Shown here piece by piece: positions 1 through 8,048 of a DNA stretch of 32,000 nucleotides. A program made the translations under genes and the position numbers. The notes under the pieces are model-generated. The model worked only from the letters and a program-made list of their open reading frames with translations. It did not search any database and was not told the origin of the DNA. Within the stretch, counting starts at the first letter, position 1. Every line of letters starts with the position of its first letter. Source of the stretch: Aliivibrio fischeri ES114 (GTDB taxonomy: Bacteria > Pseudomonadota > Gammaproteobacteria > Enterobacterales > Vibrionaceae); assembly GCF_000011805.1 (NCBI RefSeq), contig NC_006840.2; one strand, written 5' to 3'.

Positions 1-185
1 TCAAGACCACGAGTCTGAGCTGTTAAGCGGTTAGAAATTTGTAGACCAGCAGCGTCATCTTTTGCGCTGTTGATTTTAGTACCTGACGATAAACGCTCCA
101 TTGAGTTGTTTAGGTCATTTGTTGCGTTGTTTAGGTAACGCTGCGCAGTCATCGCAGATACGTTAGTATTTACATTTACAGCCAT
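1..185 (-). CDS. Flagellin, N-terminal 61 codons only (gene continues past window start)
   Basis: The reverse complement of 1..185 reads [61 protein letters not shown], the conserved flagellin N-domain. AGGAG (rc of 193-197) lies 7 nt upstream of the ATG. It is open-ended, so it is absent from the ORF track. Its position downstream of flgL matches flaA in Vibrio cholerae. Confidence 0.9.
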   Translation of the reverse strand, partial: MAVNVNTNVSAMTAQRYLNNATNDLNNSMERLSSGTKINSAKDDAAGLQISNRLTAQTRGL

Positions 186-254
186 CGTTGCTCTCCTTTG
201 GCTTCGCTTTCACGAAAACTCATTTCTGCTCTATTCAGAAATATTTAAATTTAT

Positions 255-284
255 ATCAGCCACAATCAGCCACAATCAGCCAAT
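255..284. repeat. 10-bp tandem repeat ATCAGCCACA x3 (third copy ATCAGCCAAT) in the flagellin leader
   Basis: Read directly: atcagccaca atcagccaca atcagccaat, 70-100 nt upstream of the flagellin ATG. Confidence 0.9.
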
Positions 285-389
285 AGTTATTCTGTGCCAT
301 GTAATTTACATATCAATTCCCATGCCAAGATGAGAAAAATATGCACATTAATGACCGACATACAAAAGCAAAGCCTTCAACTCTACTCT

Positions 390-404
390 GCAACTGCTAT
401 GCCA
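390..404 (-). promoter_or_regulatory. sigma54 (-24/-12) promoter element, flagellin gene
   Basis: rc = TGGCATAGCAGTTGC(A), an exact TGGCAY-N5-TTGC match, correctly oriented about 200 nt upstream of the flagellin ATG. Confidence 0.65.
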
Positions 405-453
405 CTATTTACCATTGGCAAACTGTGAGCTTCTCAGTCATAGTTATTAATTA

Positions 454-468
454 GCATAAGGTGTGCCA
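454..468 (-). promoter_or_regulatory. Second sigma54-like element, 64 bp upstream of the first
   Basis: rc = TGGCACACCTTATGC. GG-N10-GC is kept, but the -12 box is ATGC instead of TTGC. Confidence 0.45.
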
Positions 469-595
469 GTTTTTTAAATAAATGCTTCAATATAAGCAAA
501 AACAAATAAAAATCACTAAATAACAATAACTTACAAAATGGTCGCATTCTTTGTTTTTCCACTTTTGATAGAAAAAATAAGAATGAAAAATATTT

Positions 596-706
596 TTGCC
601 GCTTAATGAACAATAGGGTTTGCCGCTTTTTTTCACCTTTGCCTCAATAAATAAACGACTATTTATCTGCTACTAAAAAGCGGCAAAAAAACAAACAGAG
701 CGGCAA
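596..706. promoter_or_regulatory. Cluster of TTGCCGCTT / AAGCGGCAA boxes (candidate enhancer for the sigma54 promoters)
   Basis: TTGCCGCTT at 596-604 and 620-628. AAGCGGCAA at 678-686 and GAGCGGCAA at 698-706. The nested inverted layout is symmetric about ~652. Confidence 0.4.
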
Positions 707-752
707 GGCATTTCCCATGCAATATATTGATAATTCAATTAGTTATAGAAAT

Positions 753-779
753 AAAAAAGCCTAACATCACTGCTAGGCT
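753..779 (-). terminator. Rho-independent terminator after flgL
   Basis: Minus strand reads AGCCTA-gcagtgatgt-TAGGCT followed by TTTTTT. It starts 25 nt after the flgL stop. Confidence 0.7.
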
Positions 780-803
780 CTCTATTTTATTTAATGGTGG
801 TAT

Positions 804-1997
804 TTACACGTAATTAAATAAAGTAATGTCTTTTACTTTACCAAACGCTTGTTGAGATGCTTGGAGTGCTCGTGTATTTTCATTAAATTCGATTACGGCT
901 TGTGCGTAATCTAAATCTTCAATTGAACTTAATGACTTCGACAAGGTTAAATCAAAATCTTGATGCTGTTGTTCTTGTTGATCTAACGTATTTTGTCTTG
1001 TACCCACTTCAGCTCGTGCTTGGCTTAAATGAATAAATGCAGCATGAAATTCATCGGTTACTTGCTGAAGTTCTGCTGTTGTTGATGCATCAGCTACATC
1101 ATTTAACGCTAATTCAGACGCTTTCTTAAATGAATCAAAGATACTAATGGTTTTCTTTGGCTCAAGAGTGATCACATCACCTGACTTTAATTGGCCACGG
1201 ATCTGGATATCAACACCTTCATATTTAATCCCTTCTGATGGATCAAATTGAGCATTTTTAACCACACTACCATCTTTTGATAATTGGTAATTATATTGAC
1301 CATTTGCCGAAGCACTAAAGCTCACTTCATACGTTGCAGGGTCAGTATAATTTGTATTTGTTGCTTGTGATAACAACAGTTCAGATCCTTCTTGCAAAGC
1401 ATACTGTGGATCATAATCACCAAATGGATTTTTGATTTCAGTGAACAGTTTGCTACCAGCGTCATTTACCGCTACTTCAATTGAACCTGATACCTTTAAC
1501 TTACGTTGATATTCATCACCAGCATAAGCAACGGTGCCGTCATTGGCTTTAAAAAACGGCTGTGTTTTCGGTTTCGTACCAGAAAATAAGTAGTTTCCTG
1601 ATTCATCTAACATGTTAGTCAGATTCAAGAAGTTACTTGCGATACCTTTTAAGTCTTGTGCATGAGCGTAACGATCTTCTGGTGCTAATGAACCATTGAT
1701 CATTTCCATTACGCTACGTTTTGCATCATCCGCAAACTGCTCGGCATTCGCAATCGCAACTTCATGGCGCTCTAAACGGTTACGTGCCAATGTAATAGTA
1801 TCTGTATATTGGCGTAACTCTTCTTTCTTTTGAGTTAGGTTTTGAGCATATAACGCTGCAACGGGATCATCACCTGCTGTTAATAGCTTTTTACCTGATG
1901 CTAATTGTGCACTGTTATGATGCACTTTCGCTTCTTGGCGCGAAATATCATTTTGCACCGCTTGGTAATTATGAAAGCTTGAAATACGATTTAACAT
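804..1997 (-). CDS. flgL: Flagellar hook-filament junction protein FlgL (HAP3)
   Basis: 397 aa with flagellin-like N and C termini (MLNRISSFHNYQAVQ... / ...ALQASQQAFGKV). Follows flgK. Confidence 0.93.
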   Translation of the reverse strand: MLNRISSFHNYQAVQNDISRQEAKVHHNSAQLASGKKLLTAGDDPVAALYAQNLTQKKEELRQYTDTITLARNRLERHEVAIANAEQFADDAKRSVMEMINGSLAPEDRYAHAQDLKGIASNFLNLTNMLDESGNYLFSGTKPKTQPFFKANDGTVAYAGDEYQRKLKVSGSIEVAVNDAGSKLFTEIKNPFGDYDPQYALQEGSELLLSQATNTNYTDPATYEVSFSASANGQYNYQLSKDGSVVKNAQFDPSEGIKYEGVDIQIRGQLKSGDVITLEPKKTISIFDSFKKASELALNDVADASTTAELQQVTDEFHAAFIHLSQARAEVGTRQNTLDQQEQQHQDFDLTLSKSLSSIEDLDYAQAVIEFNENTRALQASQQAFGKVKDITLFNYV

Positions 1998-2014
1998 ACT
2001 CTACAGCTCCTTAA

Positions 2015-3895
2015 TTACGATAATTGTAAAATTGAGTTGAACGTTTCATCTGCCGCTTTCATGATACGTGAAGATGCCATGTACGCTTGTTGGAACTTCA
2101 TCATGTTTGCCGCTTCTTCATCTAAGTTCACGCCAGAAACTGAAGCAACACGACTTTGAGCAGCTTCATTCTCTACACGAGATACTTCAGATAAACGAGA
2201 CGCTGTTGCTTTTTTCAGGCCAATTTCAGTATTTACGTTTTCGTATAGGTCAATCACCGTTGAACGGCCTTCGTCCATCACTTTACGTGTCTGTAAGCCT
2301 TGCATTAGCAATAAGTTACCGTTATCACCTTCAGATGGTACTAAGTTAGCTGCAAATTTATCATTTGCTGCTGCACCACCGGTTAATTCAAACGTAGTAC
2401 CACCAACAGTTACTGGGCCTTTTGGTGGGTATGTTTGAGGTTCAAGTAACATTTTTCCTTTCATATCTAATACAGCAAACTGATTTGCAGCAGGAGAGAT
2501 AACTACTTGGAATTCTTTTAATGCGCCTGATTGCAGAACTTTAAATTTTGCATTACCTGTTGCGAATGTTGCTGAGCTTGCATAGCTTTGTGCGGCAATT
2601 TTCTCTGCTTCATTCATCTCTAGCTTAATTTCACCAGCCGCAATACGAGTTGGGCGAAGTAATACACGCTCACCGGCACTTAGTGGTTCACGAATTTCAA
2701 CTCGCATACCGTCTAAGAAAAAGGTCGATGGGTTACCGGTTGGGTCTAAGCGTTGTACTTCACCTGTTGGTCGGGTCACTGTATATTGGCTACCATCGTA
2801 TTTTAGTGCGTAATCGCCTGCTTTTAGTAAGCTGATATCATCAATAAATACGCCTACTTCAGCAGAAGAACCACCTTGTACAATGGCACGGCTACGTGCT
2901 GCTTGTTCTGAATTCACATCAGAGAAAATGTTTGCACCGATCTGGCCACGCAAATCAATCGCTTGGCTTTGTAAACGGTTAACTTCACTGCTGAAGCCTA
3001 CTGCTACACGGCCTAATTCATCCATGATTGTTGGGATAGTGCTATCACGCAATTCAAACAGTGCCGATAATTTACCGCCAATGCTGTCATGCTGAATTGC
3101 TTTCATACCTTTACCTTCAACCATTGCTAGTCGACGCTGTAATGGGTCTGGAGAACCTGCAATCATTTTCAATTCACTTGCATTTGTGCCAGACACAAGC
3201 ATGTGTCCACCACCAATTAATACATTGAATGAATTCTCGTTATCACGCTTAGTGATCGTTACTTTTGTGTATTGAGATAGCTCTTTAATTAACTTTTCAT
3301 GACGGTCCATTAGGTCATTGTGCGGACCTGGGGTCTTAACCATCATTTTGTTAATGTCTTTTAACTCTAGAGCAATGGCATTCATACGCTCTACAGTTAG
3401 ATCCATCTTTTTATTTACATCTGCATTTTGCTGACGCACATTTTCGTAAAAATCGTTCAAGCTTTGTGAAACAAGACGTGATTTTTCAAGTACTACCTTA
3501 CGCGCACCGATTTCGTTAGGGCTGTCGGCAAGAGTTTTTACTGCATCAAACCAATCATTGATGTTTTCAGGAATACGTTTAGCACCAATTGATGACATCA
3601 TATTCGTTAATACATCAAGATTCGCTTCTGTATCCATAGAGTAGTTTAAGTTGGTTGTCGAAAGGTTCAGTTCATTTGTAGCGAACTGATCAAACGAACG
3701 TCGCACAGCGGCTACATGCACGCCTGCGCCGAGGTTTGCACCTGACACCCAATGAGGCATATTAGTATCTTGAACAACCGATTGACGACTAAAGCCCTCA
3801 GTATTAACGTTGTTAATATTGTGACTGGTCGTATTCAGTTGACGCTGCGCCGTAAGCACACCTTGTGTACCTAGATTTAGCAGATCAAGTCCCAT
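2015..3895 (-). CDS. flgK: Flagellar hook-associated protein FlgK (HAP1)
   Basis: 626 aa. N-terminus LLNLGTQGVLTAQRQLNTTSHNINNVNTEGFSRQ and C-terminus NLDEEAANMMKFQQAYMASSRIM are typical FlgK motifs. Confidence 0.95.
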   Translation of the reverse strand: MGLDLLNLGTQGVLTAQRQLNTTSHNINNVNTEGFSRQSVVQDTNMPHWVSGANLGAGVHVAAVRRSFDQFATNELNLSTTNLNYSMDTEANLDVLTNMMSSIGAKRIPENINDWFDAVKTLADSPNEIGARKVVLEKSRLVSQSLNDFYENVRQQNADVNKKMDLTVERMNAIALELKDINKMMVKTPGPHNDLMDRHEKLIKELSQYTKVTITKRDNENSFNVLIGGGHMLVSGTNASELKMIAGSPDPLQRRLAMVEGKGMKAIQHDSIGGKLSALFELRDSTIPTIMDELGRVAVGFSSEVNRLQSQAIDLRGQIGANIFSDVNSEQAARSRAIVQGGSSAEVGVFIDDISLLKAGDYALKYDGSQYTVTRPTGEVQRLDPTGNPSTFFLDGMRVEIREPLSAGERVLLRPTRIAAGEIKLEMNEAEKIAAQSYASSATFATGNAKFKVLQSGALKEFQVVISPAANQFAVLDMKGKMLLEPQTYPPKGPVTVGGTTFELTGGAAANDKFAANLVPSEGDNGNLLLMQGLQTRKVMDEGRSTVIDLYENVNTEIGLKKATASRLSEVSRVENEAAQSRVASVSGVNLDEEAANMMKFQQAYMASSRIMKAADETFNSILQLS

Positions 3896-3955
3896 GTTGC
3901 CTCCAAAAAAACTCTATAAAAAGATGCGATAATATTTCCTAACGAATCTAATATA

Positions 3956-3970
3956 GCAATCAGTGTGCCA
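3956..3970 (-). promoter_or_regulatory. sigma54 promoter of flgKL
   Basis: rc = TGGCACACTGATTGC, an exact consensus match 61 nt upstream of the flgK ATG. Part of a 28-bp block identical to 8830-8857. Confidence 0.75.
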
Positions 3971-4053
3971 ACTTTTATTTATTTGGTTTTCAATGACTTA
4001 ATTGAAGTTATTGATATTCACTTTAATAAAATTACTGATCGAATACATTTTTC

Positions 4054-4115
4054 TTGCCTCTTCTTTGCCTCTTTTCATTTTAAGCGGCAAGCAAAAACAA
4101 AAAATCCTGCCGCTT
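4054..4115. promoter_or_regulatory. Box cluster TTGCCTCTT x2, AAGCGGCAA, CTGCCGCTT upstream of the flgK sigma54 promoter
   Basis: Boxes at 4054-4062, 4065-4073, 4082-4090 and 4107-4115, which is 85-145 bp upstream of the promoter in gene orientation. Confidence 0.35.
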
Positions 4116-4131
4116 TTTCAAGAGACAGGAT
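4095..4131 (-). terminator. Rho-independent terminator after flgJ
   Basis: Minus strand reads ATCCTG-tctcttgaaaaagcgg-CAGGAT followed by TTTTTTGTTTTT. Confidence 0.7.
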
Positions 4132-4164
4132 TTAATGTTAGTGTTTGTATTTAATGCGTTCGTA

Positions 4165-5184
4165 TTACTTTAATAAGCTTTCTACTTTTCTCATTACACT
4201 CATTACTTTATTTGAGTAATTTGGATCCGTAGCATAACCAGCACTATGAATGCCTTTAATGAAGCTTTCTGAACTATCCGTTTGTTGCAGTGCTCGTTCG
4301 TAACGTGGATTTTGGTTTAAGAAGCGAACAAAATCACTGAAACTCTCTTCATAGTTATCGTATGAACGGAAGGCTGCATTTTCTGTCACTGCAATATTAT
4401 CGTGATATTCAAGTGTGTTCTTAGAGATCTTATCTCCTTGCCAACTTCTATCTGCTTTAATATTAAATAAGTTATGACTTGAATCTACAGAGTTCTTAAT
4501 GACCTTTTTACCCCAACCCGTTTCAAGAGCGGCTTGTGCAATAAGAAGATTAGAATCAACACCTAATGCTTTTGCCGCTTTTTCTGCATAAGGCTTCATG
4601 GTGTTAACAAAGTCTTGAGGTGTTTCAAATTTATCAGCAGGTTGAACTTTTCTCGCTGCTAACATTTTATCAATTTGTGCAATTTCAGGTGCTTCTGTTT
4701 GAGATTCTTGTTTCGCTTGAGAAGCATGAGGATATGAGTAATCAGCAGGCAAGCGTAATGTTTCATCGGTTGCCGCTTTACGCATTGCCATTCTTGCATC
4801 TTGCTCTAAATTATTGCCGCTTTGTACTGGCGCCGCTTGGTTCATTGAAGCGCCTAATTGAGCAACAATCATATCAGCTAAACCTAATGACCCTTTTTTC
4901 GATAGTTCAGTGGCCATTTGATCATCACGCATTTGTTCAAAGAACTGCTGATTATCACTGCTCATCATATCGGATTTAAAAGAGTCATTTGCATTACGCA
5001 TTGATTTAAAAAGCATTTGTGTGAAGATTGATTCAAACTGCTCTGCTGCTGCACGCAATGCTTTATCTTGACTATCTTGATCGCCACTAACGGCACTTTT
5101 ACGTAATTTATCAAGACCGCCTACGTCGTGGATAAATCCCACATCTGTCATATTTACTGAATTATTCATCTTCACACTTTGCAT
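4165..5184 (-). CDS. flgJ: Flagellar rod-assembly protein / peptidoglycan hydrolase FlgJ
   Basis: 339 aa. N-terminal rod-binding motif (AAEQFESIFTQMLFKSMR) and a C-terminal glucosaminidase-like domain (AALETGWGKK...NLFNIKA...YATDPNY). The start is uncertain (5184 or 5169) and no clear SD is present. Confidence 0.9.
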   Translation of the reverse strand: MQSVKMNNSVNMTDVGFIHDVGGLDKLRKSAVSGDQDSQDKALRAAAEQFESIFTQMLFKSMRNANDSFKSDMMSSDNQQFFEQMRDDQMATELSKKGSLGLADMIVAQLGASMNQAAPVQSGNNLEQDARMAMRKAATDETLRLPADYSYPHASQAKQESQTEAPEIAQIDKMLAARKVQPADKFETPQDFVNTMKPYAEKAAKALGVDSNLLIAQAALETGWGKKVIKNSVDSSHNLFNIKADRSWQGDKISKNTLEYHDNIAVTENAAFRSYDNYEESFSDFVRFLNQNPRYERALQQTDSSESFIKGIHSAGYATDPNYSNKVMSVMRKVESLLK

Positions 5185-5207
5185 TAACTAACACTAATAT
5201 AACTACA

Positions 5208-5222
5208 GCAAATTTAATGCCA
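5208..5222 (-). promoter_or_regulatory. sigma54 promoter immediately upstream of flgJ
   Basis: rc = TGGCATTAAATTTGC(T), an exact TGGCAY-N5-TTGC match. It sits 24 nt upstream of the first flgJ ATG and abuts the terminator T-run. Confidence 0.6.
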
Positions 5223-5248
5223 AAAAAAACGCACCTACAAGAGGTGCG
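5222..5248 (-). terminator. Intrinsic terminator/attenuator between flgI and flgJ
   Basis: Minus strand reads CGCACCT-cttgt-AGGTGCG followed by TTTTTTTT, 30 nt after the flgI stop. Confidence 0.65.
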
Positions 5249-5277
5249 TTTATTGTCTTTGTAAAGCCGAGCTGCTA

Positions 5278-6399
5278 TTAGATAATAATCAATTGACCTT
5301 CAATTGCACCCGCTTGTTTTAATGCTTGTAAAATAGCCATTAAATCTGATGGTGCAGCACCTACTTCATTCACAGCTCTTACTAAATCATCTAATGTTAA
5401 GCCCGGTTCAAATTTAAACATTTTACCTTGCTCTTCAGTTACTTCGATATCAGAGTCCGGAGTTACTACCGTTTGCCCATCACTAAATGGTCCCGGTTGA
5501 CTAACTTGTAAATTCTCTTTAATTGCAACCGTCATACCACCGTGGGTTACCGCAGCCGGTTTTAACTTAACGTGCTTACCAACAACGATAGTACCAGTAC
5601 GAGAGTTAACAATGATTTTTGCTGAACCATCTGCTGGGTCAAAATCTACATTTTCTACCGCAGATAAGAAAGCAACACGTTGACTAATATCACGAGGGGC
5701 ACGAACTCGTACCGACGTTGCATCCACAGCAGAAGCCATGTTTGGACCTAAGAAGTTATTTACCGCATCTGCCATACGCTGCGCAGTAGTAAAGTCTGAT
5801 TCTAAAAGGTTAAAGGTGATAAAGTCACCACGACCAAATGGAGATGGAACTTCACGTTCAACCATCGCACCACCTGAGATACGACCGACTGTTGGGTTAT
5901 TACCGACAATTTTAGAACCATCAGCACCGGTTGCACTAAAACCACTTACGATTAAGTTACCTTGTGCAATCGCATACGTTTTACCATCCAAACCTTTTAA
6001 GAACGTTTGTAATAACGTACCACCACGTAAACTTTTAGCTGAGCCTACTGATGAAACCGTTACATCAACCACTTGGCCTTGTTTAGAAAATGGTGGCAAT
6101 GTTGCTGTTACCATTACTGCCGCTACGTTTTTTGTCTTTGGTTTCGTACCCGGTGGTAATTGAATACCAAAGTTTTGCAGCATGGCATTGAAACTTTGAT
6201 CAGTAAATGGCGTTGACTCACCAGTACCTGGTAAACCAGAAACTAGACCATAGCCAATTAGTTGGTTACTACGAACCCCAGCGACTTCTGCTACGTCTTT
6301 AATACGTGCAGCGTGTGCTGTAGATATACTTAGGCATAACCAAGTAAAAAGTACAGTAACTAGATTTTTATTCACGTCAAAACTCCAACGATTCGTCAT
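5278..6399 (-). CDS. flgI: Flagellar P-ring protein FlgI
   Basis: 373 aa with a signal peptide (...[12 protein letters not shown]). Conserved [18 protein letters not shown] and [11 protein letters not shown]-terminus. Confidence 0.95.
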   Translation of the reverse strand: MTNRWSFDVNKNLVTVLFTWLCLSISTAHAARIKDVAEVAGVRSNQLIGYGLVSGLPGTGESTPFTDQSFNAMLQNFGIQLPPGTKPKTKNVAAVMVTATLPPFSKQGQVVDVTVSSVGSAKSLRGGTLLQTFLKGLDGKTYAIAQGNLIVSGFSATGADGSKIVGNNPTVGRISGGAMVEREVPSPFGRGDFITFNLLESDFTTAQRMADAVNNFLGPNMASAVDATSVRVRAPRDISQRVAFLSAVENVDFDPADGSAKIIVNSRTGTIVVGKHVKLKPAAVTHGGMTVAIKENLQVSQPGPFSDGQTVVTPDSDIEVTEEQGKMFKFEPGLTLDDLVRAVNEVGAAPSDLMAILQALKQAGAIEGQLIII

Positions 6400-6401
6400 T
6401 A

Positions 6402-7193
6402 TTATAGTGCTACATTAAAGAATCGTGCCAAGAATCCAGGTTCTTGCATATCTTGTTGATCACCCGTACCTGAATATTGAATACGAGCATTTGAGATTCG
6501 TGTCGAATCAATGGTGTTATCAAAATTAATATCATCTGGGCGAATTGTACCGCTTAATCGAATGTACTCATCACCCGTATTGAGCGTTAACCATTTCTCA
6601 CCACGGATCAATAAGTTGCCATTTGATAATACTTCGATGACTTCCACAGTAATTGAACCACTTAAGCTATTACTTTGATTAGCCGATGTGTTACCTGTGA
6701 AGTTATTGTCATTTGATAACTCATAAGAAAAGTTATATTGGCCACCCATTTGCAGCTCTTGTCCACCTACTTGCAATGGATCCATGCTTGAATCATTTGA
6801 TTTCGATAATTCAGCATCTGCACTTTTTGCCGCTTTTGTATTTTCAGCAAGCATAACGGTTACGATATCACCTAACCCACGAGGCTTAGTATCATCGTAC
6901 ATATCTTGTGCATGATCTACATTAAATAGAGAACCTGTAGCAGCTGCATAATGTTCTGGTTTTTCTTTAGGATGAATCGGTGCCCACGCAGGATCCCCTG
7001 CAATAGGATCATTACGACCACGTAGTGTATCGATAATACCTGAGTCTTCTTCTTTGGCTTTATCACCTTCAACTGCATCAACATTTGTTGTAGCAGAAGT
7101 CACCTCGCTTTCTTGTGCGCTCGGATTTTTAATTAGCAGCGTTTCACAACCAGTTAATGTTGTTAATAGCAGTAAACAAAGAAGACGTTTCAT
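6402..7193 (-). CDS. flgH: Flagellar L-ring lipoprotein FlgH
   Basis: Lipobox [17 protein letters not shown] prefer the ATG at 7193 (GGTGA 5 nt upstream) over the TTG at 7205 used by the ORF track. Conserved [12 protein letters not shown] motif. Confidence 0.92.
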   Translation of the reverse strand: MKRLLCLLLLTTLTGCETLLIKNPSAQESEVTSATTNVDAVEGDKAKEEDSGIIDTLRGRNDPIAGDPAWAPIHPKEKPEHYAAATGSLFNVDHAQDMYDDTKPRGLGDIVTVMLAENTKAAKSADAELSKSNDSSMDPLQVGGQELQMGGQYNFSYELSNDNNFTGNTSANQSNSLSGSITVEVIEVLSNGNLLIRGEKWLTLNTGDEYIRLSGTIRPDDINFDNTIDSTRISNARIQYSGTGDQQDMQEPGFLARFFNVAL

Positions 7194-7205
7194 CCTAATC
7201 ACCAA

Positions 7206-7994
7206 TTACAGTTGTTGGTTAACAAAGCTTGCCATCTTATCAACAGCAGAAATAACTTTAGAGTTCATTTCGTAAACACGTTGCGCTTCGATCATATTTA
7301 CCAATTCTTCAGTTACGTTTACGTTTGATGCTTCAAGCATTGATTGACGAACCGCACCAAAGCCATCTAAACCTGGAGTACCTTCTTGTGGGTCACCACT
7401 TGCACCTGTTGGTAAGTATAAGTTTTGACCTACAGGTTCTAAACCGCCTGGGTTAATGAAATCAACAGTGTTAATTTGACCAATAACTTGGTTATCTTGC
7501 TGACCACGTAGACGAACAGATACTTCGCCGTCTGTACCAACAGTTACGTTAATTGCATCTTCAGGAACAACAATTTCAGGCTCTAAACGGTAGCCAGCAC
7601 CAGTGGTTACAATCGCGCCTTCATCATTAAGAGTAAATTGACCATTACGTGTATAACCAATGTTGCCATCTGGCATAGTTACTTGGAAAAAGCCTTTACC
7701 TTCAATCATCATGTCCATACCATTTGATGTGGTTTGAGCATTACCGTTAGTAAATACTTTTTGAGTTGCTACCACTTTAGAACCAGAACCTAGCATTAAA
7801 CCAGTTGGTAATTCAGTATTCTGAGTTGATTGTGCACCGGCTTGGTTTACGTTTTGGTAAAACAGATCTTCAAATACGGCACGGCTCTTTTTAAAGCCAA
7901 CCGTTGAGGCGTTAGCCAAGTTGTTTGAGATAGTCGCAATGTTTGTTTGTTGTGCGTCTAAACCTGTTTTACTTACCCATAATGCTGGATTCAT
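7206..7994 (-). CDS. flgG: Flagellar distal rod protein FlgG
   Basis: 262 aa: MNPALWVSKTGLDAQQTNIATISNNLANASTVGFKKSR ... NVNVTEELVNMIEAQRVYE. Confidence 0.96.
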   Translation of the reverse strand: MNPALWVSKTGLDAQQTNIATISNNLANASTVGFKKSRAVFEDLFYQNVNQAGAQSTQNTELPTGLMLGSGSKVVATQKVFTNGNAQTTSNGMDMMIEGKGFFQVTMPDGNIGYTRNGQFTLNDEGAIVTTGAGYRLEPEIVVPEDAINVTVGTDGEVSVRLRGQQDNQVIGQINTVDFINPGGLEPVGQNLYLPTGASGDPQEGTPGLDGFGAVRQSMLEASNVNVTEELVNMIEAQRVYEMNSKVISAVDKMASFVNQQL

Positions 7995-8048
7995 TGTGTA
8001 TTCCTCTAAATTCTTTAATGTATTAAGTTAATCAAGTTAATTATTCAA

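Noticed and set aside
285-299. TGGCACAGAATAACT on the minus strand, which looks like a sigma54 -24 box.
   Set aside because: The -12 position reads AACT with no GC, so it fails the GG-N10-GC rule.
660-718. A 19-codon minus-strand ORF (MGNALPLCLFFCRFLVADK) in the flgL-flagellin spacer.
   Set aside because: It has no SD, and its sequence is simply the translation of the GCCGC box / T-run region.
3063-3070. An exact GCCGATAA (sigma28 -10 box) on the plus strand inside flgK.
   Set aside because: No TAAA lies at the required 15-nt distance (ATCA is found instead). It is antisense within a coding region with nothing downstream to transcribe.
2068-3095. ORFs 2068-2349, 2650-2835 and 2883-3095 on the plus strand.
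   Set aside because: They lie entirely antisense within the well-supported flgK gene. Their translations are low-complexity with no SD. These are typical shadow ORFs.
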